From assembly GCA_963674755.2 (NCBI GenBank), contig CAXXVS010000003.1, positions 1,664,001 through 1,728,000 on the forward strand: a stretch of DNA of 64,000 bases, written 5' to 3'. Every line of letters starts with the position of its first letter. Positions within the stretch are counted from its first letter, which is position 1. This document shows, one piece after another, positions 27,281 to 36,094 of the stretch. This DNA comes from Desulfobacterales bacterium (lineage in GTDB: Bacteria > Desulfobacterota > Desulfobacteria > Desulfobacterales > UBA5852). The notes beneath the pieces were generated by a model. The model was not told the origin of the DNA, did not search any database, and saw nothing but the letters and a program-made list of their open reading frames with translations. Both the position numbers and the translations under genes were made by a program.

Positions 27281-27790
27281 ATGCCTAAAGCGGTAGTGGT
27301 TTTCGTGCGATCCGTCGACGCCGTGAACAAGGTGGTCGGCAAGTTTTCGATGTATTTGGTTTTCTTCATGATGGCCATTCTTCTTTTTGAATCCGTATCC
27401 CGGACTCTTTTTGACAAACCCCATATTTGGGTCGTGGAGATGGCCCAGTTCACCATGGCGGCCTATTACCTCCTCGGAGGCGGCTACTCCATGATTCTCA
27501 GGGGGCACGTCCGCATGGACCTTCTTTACGGCCGCTGGTCCCCGCGGCGCAAGGCGATCATGGATGTGATTACAACACCGTTTATGATGTTTTATCTGAT
27601 ATTTCTTCTTTACGGCGGATTATCCAGCATTGAATACGCCCTCTCTTACGGGCAGACCAACTACACCCCCTGGGCCCCGCCCTTGGCACCGATCAAGATC
27701 ATCATGACCCTGGGCATTTTTCTGATGCTGCTGCAAGCCATCGCCACTTTTTTCAAAGACATCGCCAAGATCAAAGGGGAGGCGATCTGA
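27281..27790 (+). CDS. dctQ: TRAP small permease
   Basis: Four TM helices, 'HVRMDLLY'. Confidence 0.92.
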   Translation: MPKAVVVFVRSVDAVNKVVGKFSMYLVFFMMAILLFESVSRTLFDKPHIWVVEMAQFTMAAYYLLGGGYSMILRGHVRMDLLYGRWSPRRKAIMDVITTPFMMFYLIFLLYGGLSSIEYALSYGQTNYTPWAPPLAPIKIIMTLGIFLMLLQAIATFFKDIAKIKGEAI

Positions 27791-27791
27791 T

Positions 27792-29117
27792 ATGAGCCAT
27801 GAAATGATTGCTGTTCTGATATTCTCCTCGATGATGATCATGCTGCTCACCGGACAGCGGGTTTTTGCGGCCATCGGGGGTGTGGCTACCCTTTTTGCAT
27901 TGATGCTGTGGGGCGAGGGGGGCGCTGAAATGCCCTTCAACGCAAGCTTTGCCCTGCTGAACTGGTATCCTCTCTTGACCCTGCCGCTGTTCATTTACAT
28001 GGGCTACATGTTTTCCGAGTCCGGCATCGCCAGTGATCTCTACCACATGTTCCATGTCTGGATGGGGCCCATCAACGGGGGCCTGGCCATCGGCACCATG
28101 GGGTTGATGGTGGCGGTCTCGGCTATGAACGGGTTGAGTGTGGCCGGTATGGCCATCGGGGCCAGCATCGCCATGCCGGAAATGCTCAAGCGCGATTACG
28201 ACAAGGTGATGGTCACCGGAGTCATCCAGGCGGGCAGCTCCCTGGGCATCATGGTGCCGCCCAGTGTGGTGCTGGTGCTCTATGGGATGATCGCCCGGCA
28301 GCCGGTGGGGCAGCTTTGGCTGGCCGGCGTATTCCCGGGGCTTTTGCTGGCGGTGCTGTTCGTCGCCTACATCGCGATTCGCTGCAAATTGCAGCCGAGC
28401 ATGGGAGCGGCCCTGCCGGAAGAAGAACGCCGGCAGATCACATGGGGACAGAAAATCAGGCTTCTCAAGGCCGGCATTCTTCCTCTGGTGATCATCTTTT
28501 CCATGACCGGCCTCTTCCTGATGGGCGTCACCAGCCTGGTGGAATGTTCGGCCGCCGGCGCCTTTGCCACGACGGTCGTGGCCCGCCTGAAAGGCCGCCT
28601 GACCCGGCAGGTCATGCAGGATACGCTCAAGAACACCTTGAGCGTATCCTGCATGTTCATGTGGGTGATCCTGGCGGCGTTGTGCTTCGGCGCCGTTTTC
28701 GACGGCCTGGGGGCGGTGCATGCCATCAAGTCCCTGTTCATCGAGCGCTGGGGCTTAAGCCCCTTCGGCGTCCTCGTGATGATGCAGCTGTCCTATATCC
28801 TGATGGGCATGTTCCTGGATGATACCGCCATGCTCATTATCGTGGCGCCCCTGTACGTTCCCCTGATTATCAGCCTGGGGTACAACCCGATCTGGTACGG
28901 TGTGCTTTACACCATCACCTGTCAGATCGCGTATATGACGCCGCCTTTCGGCTACAATCTCTTCCTGATGAAGGCCATGGCGCCCAAGGAGGTCTCATTA
29001 GGGGATATCTACCGCTCCATCGTGCCTTTCGTGCTGGTCATGATTCTTGGACTGGTGATTGTCATGCTGTTTCCCGGAATCGCCTTGTGGCTGCCCAACG
29101 CCTACTTCGGGCGGTAA
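27792..29117 (+). CDS. dctM: TRAP large permease
   Basis: 'LGIMVPPS', 'TPPFGYNLF', many TM helices. Confidence 0.94.
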   Translation: MSHEMIAVLIFSSMMIMLLTGQRVFAAIGGVATLFALMLWGEGGAEMPFNASFALLNWYPLLTLPLFIYMGYMFSESGIASDLYHMFHVWMGPINGGLAIGTMGLMVAVSAMNGLSVAGMAIGASIAMPEMLKRDYDKVMVTGVIQAGSSLGIMVPPSVVLVLYGMIARQPVGQLWLAGVFPGLLLAVLFVAYIAIRCKLQPSMGAALPEEERRQITWGQKIRLLKAGILPLVIIFSMTGLFLMGVTSLVECSAAGAFATTVVARLKGRLTRQVMQDTLKNTLSVSCMFMWVILAALCFGAVFDGLGAVHAIKSLFIERWGLSPFGVLVMMQLSYILMGMFLDDTAMLIIVAPLYVPLIISLGYNPIWYGVLYTITCQIAYMTPPFGYNLFLMKAMAPKEVSLGDIYRSIVPFVLVMILGLVIVMLFPGIALWLPNAYFGR

Positions 29118-29157
29118 GACCGGGTCGCCGTTGCTTGCCTTGCCCGAAACGATCGAT

Positions 29158-29190
29158 CATGCGTCCGGCCCCAAGACGGCCGGGCGCATG
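29158..29190. terminator. Hairpin between convergent dctM and yrbG
   Basis: CATGCGTCCGGCC / GGCCGGGCGCATG inverted repeat; no clear U-tract. Confidence 0.45.
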
Positions 29191-29225
29191 CGTGTTTCTA
29201 CGCTCAGTGGCCATCCTGTCGACGT

Positions 29226-30197
29226 TCAATGCGCCAGAAGCTGGAAGACCAGATAGGTTGTGTAGCTCAGATAGCCGCCTAGCAGAAGCAGGCCTTCAAT
29301 CCGGTTGATGCGGCCCGGTCCCCGGAAGCCGAAGCCGATAACGAAGAGGGAAACGGTGAAGAGCACCATGACCGGCATGTCCCGCGTGAAGATTTCCGGG
29401 CCGATCGTCATGGGACGAATCGCGCCGGCGATACCGACCACGGCCAGGGTGTTGAAGAGATTGGAGCCCAGCACATTGCCCAGGGCCAGGTCACATTGCC
29501 CCCTGTGGACTGCGACGATGGATGACGCCAGCTCCGGCAGTGAAGTGCCGATGGCCACGATGGTAAGGCCGATGATCAGATCGCTTACGCCCAGCCGATG
29601 GGCAATGGTCACGGCCCCCCACACCAGGAGGCGCGAGCTGGCCGTCAAGAGAAGTAAACCGGCAACAAGCCGGAGGCCGGCGCGGCCCCGCGACATGGTT
29701 CGGGTTTCGAGCGCGACTTCGATGTCCGTTTTCAGGGCATCGGACTTTTCCCGCATCCCCTGCCGGATGGTCCACGCCATCAGGACGGCAAAAGTTCCCA
29801 GCAGCACAAAGGATTCAAGTCGCGTCAGAACGCCGTTCCACACTTGAAAGGCCCCTAATGCGGTGGCGGCCGTGAGGATAGGCAACTCCCTGCGCAGGAT
29901 TCCCGAACGGACGGTGATGGGACGGACCAGCGCCGCCAGCCCCAGCACCAAGCCGATGTTGGCGATATTGGAGCCATAGGCATTGCCCAAGGCAATGCCC
30001 GGGTTGCCTTGCAGAGCGGCCATGGCCGAAACCACCATTTCAGGCGCCGAGGTGCCGAAACCCACGATCACCATGCCAATCAACAAAGGGGGCATGCCCA
30101 GGTAGCGGGCGGTGACCGCCGCTCCTTCCACGAATCGATCGGCGCTCCAGACCAGAAGCAACAGCCCTACGGCAACCGCCAGAATAGCGAGTATCAT
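29226..30197 (-). CDS. yrbG: Calcium/sodium antiporter (YrbG family)
   Basis: Alpha repeats 'GTSAPE...GSNIAN' and 'GTSLPE...GSNLFN'. Confidence 0.93.
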   Translation of the reverse strand: MILAILAVAVGLLLLVWSADRFVEGAAVTARYLGMPPLLIGMVIVGFGTSAPEMVVSAMAALQGNPGIALGNAYGSNIANIGLVLGLAALVRPITVRSGILRRELPILTAATALGAFQVWNGVLTRLESFVLLGTFAVLMAWTIRQGMREKSDALKTDIEVALETRTMSRGRAGLRLVAGLLLLTASSRLLVWGAVTIAHRLGVSDLIIGLTIVAIGTSLPELASSIVAVHRGQCDLALGNVLGSNLFNTLAVVGIAGAIRPMTIGPEIFTRDMPVMVLFTVSLFVIGFGFRGPGRINRIEGLLLLGGYLSYTTYLVFQLLAH

Positions 30198-30383
30198 GAG
30201 AATTCCTTGGTGGATGGTGCCATCAATACATTCAACCCCTGGAGGTGCCGGAGAAAACACTTCCCATGAACGTTCTGGCCAGCATCGGTTTCCTTCAGCA
30301 GGACGGGTGCGGTTGCGGATTTTTCCATAGAGAATTTAGGCCGGCATTTATGGCAACACCACATGCCGGTGGGAAAAAGGGGT

Positions 30384-30998
30384 TTAGGGAGGCTGCTCCG
30401 CGCTGTGGTTGAGCCGCGCGATGATTTGATCCGGCGTTTCCCTGCGGAGGAGCCATTTGAACTGTGCCCGGTAATTGCCAACGGCGCTGAAGCCCAGAGC
30501 GTCCACATCATAGATCTGCCACCGTCCTTGTCGGCGAATCATTTTAACGTTGACCGGAATGGCCCTTCCGCGATGCAAAACCCGTACTTCCACTCGGACG
30601 CGCGCAGGCGCGAGCCGTATTTGACGGACATATTCGAGTCGTTCGCCATTGTAGCGATCAAGGAGCAGCGGCAAATAGGTGCGTTGGAGAAATGCTCTAA
30701 ACGCCCGGACAAACGCAGTTTGCTGGGCCGTTGTAAAATTCTTCCAATAGGAGGACAGCACCATGCGTGACATGATGGTGAAGTCGAAGAGGGTCTGGGT
30801 AAGCTCGCGGATGCGCGCTTCCTTCGCGGCGCGGCCATTCACGCCGCAATAGGTTTTATCGTTGAGAAGCGCCAGCCCCTGGTTCACCCCTTCCCGCAGC
30901 ACATCCATGGGCTGCCGGTCCACGGCGGCCGTCGGGGCAGCGAGCGCGAGTACCGCTACCATCAGGACGATTCGGCTGCAAATTATGCGGTTGGTCAT
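30384..30998 (-). CDS. mlaC: MlaC/Ttg2D family phospholipid-binding protein
   Basis: Signal peptide; 'FDFTIMSRMVL', 'WQIYDV...G.S.VGNYRAQF'. Confidence 0.85.
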   Translation of the reverse strand: MTNRIICSRIVLMVAVLALAAPTAAVDRQPMDVLREGVNQGLALLNDKTYCGVNGRAAKEARIRELTQTLFDFTIMSRMVLSSYWKNFTTAQQTAFVRAFRAFLQRTYLPLLLDRYNGERLEYVRQIRLAPARVRVEVRVLHRGRAIPVNVKMIRRQGRWQIYDVDALGFSAVGNYRAQFKWLLRRETPDQIIARLNHSAEQPP

Positions 30999-31315
30999 GG
31001 CAATGGAGAATGGCTTTAAAAAAATCCGGCTTGATGGCCTCCAGGCACTGAAGCGCTCAGCGGCACATATCGGGTCCTATTGTCAGCGCCCATCGGTCCG
31101 GAGTTAAAATCGATCACCTCTGGACAGACACTGTAAAAGCAAGAATAGGCATCAGCGAAAGCATATTCAATTCGGATTGACGGCCGTGCGCCCCAAAGGT
31201 GCCCTTTTTGTAAAAGAATGGCTGGTTTCCATTGATTTCTCATGGAAATTCGCATAGGCTATCAATAATTGGCTCGCAGTGATGATTCATCTTTCAACCC
31301 GGCAAAGGAGGTCTT

Positions 31316-31579
31316 GTGACAAAAGCTGATTTGATCGAAAAAATGGCGAAGGACTCAGGCATCACCAAAGTCGCGGCCAAAGCGGCGCTGGAATCGTTTT
31401 TAGACGGCGTCAAGGGCGGTCTGAAAAAGCGCAACAGCAAAGTGACGATTGTCGGTTTCGGCACCTTCCGCAATGTCTACCGGAAGACCCGCATGGGGCG
31501 CAACCCCCAGACGGGGGAGAAGATCAAGATCAAGGGTAAAAACGCTGTGACGTTCAAGGCCGGGAAAAATCTGGTGTAA
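31316..31579 (+). CDS. hup: HU family DNA-binding protein
   Basis: 'TKADLI', 'GFGTF', 'GRNPQTGE'; GTG start with RBS AAGGAGG. Confidence 0.95.
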   Translation: MTKADLIEKMAKDSGITKVAAKAALESFLDGVKGGLKKRNSKVTIVGFGTFRNVYRKTRMGRNPQTGEKIKIKGKNAVTFKAGKNLV

Positions 31580-31607
31580 CGCAGCACCTCCAATTTCCCT
31601 TTTTCCG

Positions 31608-31653
31608 CGAAGAAAGGGTGGCTCACGGTCGTCGAGCCGCCCTTTCTTCGTTT
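31608..31653 (+). terminator. Terminator-like hairpin after hup
   Basis: CGAAGAAAGGGTGGCTC / GAGCCGCCCTTTCTTCG stem, then TTT. Confidence 0.6.
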
Positions 31654-31763
31654 GGGAGCGACCAACCGGGGGCAAACCTTGTCGGCCGTATTCATAGCGC
31701 GGCAGGTGTTGCGGGTGGGTCGTGGGCAAGGTTTCAAGGGTGGCCTGAAATGATGTTTTTGCC

Positions 31764-31800
31764 TGACAGAATTTGTCAAGAGGTTGACAAAGACCGTCAA
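31764..31800. promoter_or_regulatory. Tandem TGAC-N7-GTCA palindromes
   Basis: TGACAGAATTTGTCA (31764-31778) and TGACAAAGACCGTCA (31785-31799), 21 bp apart. Confidence 0.45.
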
Positions 31801-32104
31801 CTTTGTGTGAGCTTAAGCTATCTGTCTTCTTGAAATTATGGTATTTATTTGTATAATAAAGGTATTATGGCGGATGACGAGGATGGCACTATTTTTGCTA
31901 TGGAATCACCGGCAAGGCATTTTTCCACCCATCTTGTCAAAAGCGAATACGTACCGACAGGCGGCTTAGGCGGCAATCCTTCTCGTGTTTATGTGTTGCT
32001 GTTGATCGGCGCGGCTAGGACCATATGCTCCTGCCGTTAGGTTTGCTTTAAATGGTTTGAGCGGGCTAAGGCTTCGAAACAATTCTGGGGCAGGGGATGT
32101 CAGT

Positions 32105-32569
32105 ATGAGCGAATTATCGCACAATATATCGGCTAGGACATTTCGCAGGACGGATGCCACGTTGCAGGGGCAAATTTCCATGAGCGGCAAGATGCTGGAG
32201 GTGCTCATGGCGCTTGACGGCCGCACGGCTCTTGGCGAAGTCGCGCGAAAATTGAATCTTAGCATATCCGATTTACGTCCCCATCTGCAGAAGTTGTTAG
32301 AATATGGCCTTATCGAGGAAGTCAAGGAAGACGTGGTTGTCCTTGACCCCGGATTCTACGGATATCTGACCGGACATCTTTCCCGAATCGCCGGCCCTAT
32401 CGCGGGTGTGCTGGTTGAAGATGCCGTGCTCGAAATCGGCAACGGCTCTACCGATGTGCCCAAGAATCGCGCCGGCGAATTGATTGAACTGCTGGGACGG
32501 CAGATACCGGACGAGGGCCAACGCGTGGATTTCATAAAAATGATGCTGTTAAAATTGCGGGAAATGTAA
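32105..32569 (+). CDS. Winged-helix protein with C-terminal helical domain
   Basis: 'LMALDG...EVARKLNL...LQKLLEYGLI' wHTH pattern; C-terminal 'GPIAGVLVEDA'. Confidence 0.72.
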   Translation: MSELSHNISARTFRRTDATLQGQISMSGKMLEVLMALDGRTALGEVARKLNLSISDLRPHLQKLLEYGLIEEVKEDVVVLDPGFYGYLTGHLSRIAGPIAGVLVEDAVLEIGNGSTDVPKNRAGELIELLGRQIPDEGQRVDFIKMMLLKLREM

Positions 32570-32596
32570 ATCGATCGGTGAAGGGAGATAGACCTC

Positions 32597-33652
32597 ATGA
32601 TCATCCTCTGTGAAGAGTGCGGGAAAAAATACAAGATCGACGATAAAAAGCTGGTCAAAGATAAAACGCTCTTCAACTGCCCGAATTGTAAAAGCACGAT
32701 TGAGGTGCTCAAGCCAAAACAGGGGGTCGAAGCCATCGATCCCGAATCGGCCTCCATGTCTGCGGACCACAGTGCTGCTTCAGGCTCCTTCCAGACGGTT
32801 GGAAAAGCCGAGAGCGCGCCGCCGCAAAGGCCCAAGACGGACTGGCAAGTCGATCAGACGGCGATCCCGAAGCCACAAAAATCAAGCGGTTTGACGGTGG
32901 GGCAAAAGCTCTTGTACGTGTTTTTGGCGTTTGTTCTGCTGACGGGCGGCATACTCGCTTTTATTTATATGAAATTCGTCCCTTCGCTGATGCACGAACA
33001 AGTCAATTTACGGACCTACTCCATTTCCCAGTCCTTGGCGGCCGCCATTCAGCAGCCCCTCCTGATTAAAAACTATCTCCAGGTCAACAAGATGGCGGAG
33101 GCCAATGCTAAATTGCCGGGGGTTGCCTACGTGTCGGTTTTGAATAAAAGGGGCATTGTGATTGCCGGTATCTTCGGGAATGAAAAGCGTTTTGATGCCG
33201 CTTTTGTCACCCGGGTTAAGACCGGTGGATTTCCCAAGGAGATCTCCACCAAGAACAGAATCCCCAGCGGCAAAAAGGAAAGCGCTTTGGATTACAGCGT
33301 CGGCGGCCAGAAAATCCACGATGTGGCCGTCATGATCGGCGATACAGGGGGAGAAGCGCATGTCGGCCTGTTCACGGAAGATGTCGAAGACGCCGTTCAG
33401 AAAAGTTTGATCCCCCTTCTGGTGTTTCTGGGTGTTATCGCCCTCCTGGGTGGCGTCAGCCATTTGCTGGTCGCCCGAACGATATCGGTCCCGATCCGCG
33501 CGCTGACGCGGGCTGCGGAAAAGATCAGCCTGGGCGAAATCGATTTACCGATTGAAGTGAAAGGTGGTGGTGAAATCGGGGAATTGGCCGCTTCACTCGA
33601 ACGCATGCGCTTTTCCATCAAAGCGGCCATGAATCGTCTGCGACGCAATTAA
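32597..33652 (+). CDS. Zinc-ribbon (MJ0042-like)-TM-periplasmic-TM-HAMP protein with no output domain
   Basis: 'CEECGKKY...CPNC'; two TM helices; HAMP 'PIRALTRAAEKISLG...EIGELAASLERM', then the stop codon. Confidence 0.85.
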   Translation: MIILCEECGKKYKIDDKKLVKDKTLFNCPNCKSTIEVLKPKQGVEAIDPESASMSADHSAASGSFQTVGKAESAPPQRPKTDWQVDQTAIPKPQKSSGLTVGQKLLYVFLAFVLLTGGILAFIYMKFVPSLMHEQVNLRTYSISQSLAAAIQQPLLIKNYLQVNKMAEANAKLPGVAYVSVLNKRGIVIAGIFGNEKRFDAAFVTRVKTGGFPKEISTKNRIPSGKKESALDYSVGGQKIHDVAVMIGDTGGEAHVGLFTEDVEDAVQKSLIPLLVFLGVIALLGGVSHLLVARTISVPIRALTRAAEKISLGEIDLPIEVKGGGEIGELAASLERMRFSIKAAMNRLRRN

Positions 33653-33687
33653 ACCGTGCACCCCATTTCCCGATTGGAGAGATAACG

Positions 33688-34509
33688 ATGCGATTTATCT
33701 ACACCTTAATCTTCATTCTGCTGAGTTTACTGCCGACTCATCTGTGGGCCGCGGAGTCTTACAAGTTGTCCATGCTGCCGCGCTATTCTTCAGAAGAAAT
33801 CAATCGGAGGATCAGTCCGCTGGCGGAGTATCTGGCCCAAAAAAGCGGGGTCAAGATCGAAGCGGTCATCACCAGCAACTTCACACAATACGAAAAACAG
33901 CTGAAAAGCGGGGCCATCGGACTAGGGTATGAAAATCCCTATATCTATACGCTGGTTTCGGGTACCCACGAAGCCCTGGCCATGGCCGTCAAGGGCAAAG
34001 ACGGCGACAAATTCCGTGGGATCGTTATCGCCCGGAAGGACAGTGACCTGACAAGCCTGAAAGATCTTCGAGGCAAGCTGATTTCGATTGTGGGGTACAC
34101 CTCGGCCGGAGGATACCTTTCGCAAAAATTGTCCTTGATGGAGGCCGGCATCGATGTGAACCGCGAGTGCACCATTTCCGAAGCGATCGACAACAAACAG
34201 GAAAATGTCATTCTTGCCGTTTATACGGGTGAGGCCGATGCCGGCTTTATCCGTGAATCCGCCCTGCATCAGGCCGACAGCTATATTTCGGCGGCCCAAA
34301 TCAAGATCGTCGGGGCATGCGCCTGGCTTCCCAATTGGGCTTTTTCGGTGAACAGATCGATGCCCGATAAAACCAAGAAGGATATTCAGGCGGCCCTCCT
34401 GGATCTGCAACCCGGTCACCCTGTCTTGAAGGCGCTCAAGATCGACAGCTTCAGACTGGCAGGGGACGAGGATTACGATCCTGTCCGACGTGCCTCAGGC
34501 AACAACTAA
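33688..34509 (+). CDS. PhnD-like (phosphate/phosphonate-type) substrate-binding protein 1
   Basis: Signal peptide; 'DLRGK', 'TSAGGY', 'GEADAGF'. Confidence 0.82.
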   Translation: MRFIYTLIFILLSLLPTHLWAAESYKLSMLPRYSSEEINRRISPLAEYLAQKSGVKIEAVITSNFTQYEKQLKSGAIGLGYENPYIYTLVSGTHEALAMAVKGKDGDKFRGIVIARKDSDLTSLKDLRGKLISIVGYTSAGGYLSQKLSLMEAGIDVNRECTISEAIDNKQENVILAVYTGEADAGFIRESALHQADSYISAAQIKIVGACAWLPNWAFSVNRSMPDKTKKDIQAALLDLQPGHPVLKALKIDSFRLAGDEDYDPVRRASGNN

Positions 34510-34564
34510 CCCCCATGATTACCACTTGGTTGGTGAAACAAACATACAGCAGATAGAGCGTGCC

Positions 34565-35392
34565 ATGAAGAAAATCGCGACCCTTATTCGTCTTTCCCTT
34601 TGCCTTGTTTTCCTTTTTCCAGCCCTCTGCGCCGCAGAGGACATCTACGAATTTTCCATGCTGCCGCGGTATTTCCCCAAAAAAATCCAGAGCATGATCG
34701 ATCCCCTGGCCGAATATCTTTCCGGCCAAATTGGTGCGCGGGTCACCCCGGTCCTGACCAAGGATTTTACGGAATATGAGAACCGCTTGAAGAGCGGTGA
34801 AATTGAAATCGGATATGAGAATCCGCTGGTTTATACTAAGGTTTCGGCGAGTCATGAGGTTCTGGCGATGGCCGTCAAAGGGGCGGGGGGCGATCGGTTC
34901 CGGGGGATTATCATCGCCCGACCGGACAGCGAAATTCAGACCCTCAGCGATCTCAAGCATAAAACGATCATGATTGTGGGAATGACCTCCGCCGGCGGTT
35001 TTCTTTCACAGAAACTCACCTTGGCGGAGAACGGAATAGCCGTGGAAAGCGACTGTGATCTGGAGGTGGCCTCCGACAACAAACAGGAGAACGTCATTAT
35101 CTCCGTCAGTATCGGCGATGTGGATGCGGGATTTATCAGGGAGTCGGCCCTGCATATCGCCGATCAGTATATTCAGCCCGGAAGCGTCAAAGAGGTGGCT
35201 CCCTGCGCATGGCTGCCCAACTGGGCGTTTTCGGTCAATCGCAGCATGCCTGTTGCCCAAAAGGAAGCCATTCGGGCCGCCATGATCGGGTTGCAAGAGA
35301 ATTCTCCGGTCCTCAAAGCCATGGATGTAACCGGATTTAAACTCGCCACCGACAGTCAGTACGATGTTGTCCGAAAGGTTTTAGAAAACTGA
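34565..35392 (+). CDS. PhnD-like substrate-binding protein 2 (paralog of the preceding gene)
   Basis: Shares SMLPRY, GYENP, DNKQENVI, DAGFIRESALH and CAWLPNWAFSVNRSMP with protein 1. Confidence 0.82.
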   Translation: MKKIATLIRLSLCLVFLFPALCAAEDIYEFSMLPRYFPKKIQSMIDPLAEYLSGQIGARVTPVLTKDFTEYENRLKSGEIEIGYENPLVYTKVSASHEVLAMAVKGAGGDRFRGIIIARPDSEIQTLSDLKHKTIMIVGMTSAGGFLSQKLTLAENGIAVESDCDLEVASDNKQENVIISVSIGDVDAGFIRESALHIADQYIQPGSVKEVAPCAWLPNWAFSVNRSMPVAQKEAIRAAMIGLQENSPVLKAMDVTGFKLATDSQYDVVRKVLEN

Positions 35393-35402
35393 TCAGCGAC
35401 AT

Positions 35403-35430
35403 GGCCGCCCTTTTGGGCGGCCGTTTTTTT
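35403..35430 (+). terminator. Rho-independent terminator
   Basis: GGCCGCCC-TTTT-GGGCGGCC followed by T7. Confidence 0.85.
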
Positions 35431-36094
35431 CTGTTCGGCATGCTGACAAGCGCCACCCCATTCTAACGCGCAGTGAAGTTTTTCAGCTCGAATGCCATTA
35501 TCCTCTGAGTCTTATGAGCCCAGCTATTGCTTTGACGCCGCTTTAGCGGGTGCAGAGTGGCTCGCCGTTCCGTTTCCCCTCTGGGCCGCGGCCCGTACCC
35601 TCTGTGGTTTTGTCCACGTCCACGCAAACGATACCCGGTTCTTCTGCCCGTGTAAGGAACACCCATCGCCCCAGTGATTTGCCCCGGCGGTCAAGGTCGG
35701 CCTCCTTGCAAGGCTCTGGCGGCAGCGCAAGTCGATTTAAAAGCCGTAAAGATTTTCCATATCACACCGATAACATCTCATTGGAAGGTATTCCGTCCGA
35801 AGGACTTACCCAAGGCCGGGCGCCGATGCCTCCCGCAGCATGGAAGCCTGCCGCTACGAGAAGGGCATAGGTGCAAGGATGCTTGAAAGCAGCATTTTAC
35901 ATGACCAAGCCACCTTGCACCTGGTCAAATCCATGGCACGTACAACGTGTCACCCAATAGGCCGTATTATAACCCATCCAACATCAAGCTATACCAATTG
36001 CACCAATGCTGTCCTACCCGGAAGGGATGCTGGTCGGAAGCGACCCGGTAGCGAGGCGGCACTATAAGGCGTCTATCGTGAGGAGCGAATTCTA

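Noticed and set aside
30198..30383. yybP-ykoY riboswitch upstream of yrbG
   Set aside because: Conserved GGGGAGUA/GAGAC core not seen on the minus strand.
35431..36094. 660-bp intergenic region with a 10-bp inverted repeat (35869-35922); possible sRNA or c-di-GMP riboswitch
   Set aside because: No GEMM motif and no convincing ORF; insufficient evidence.
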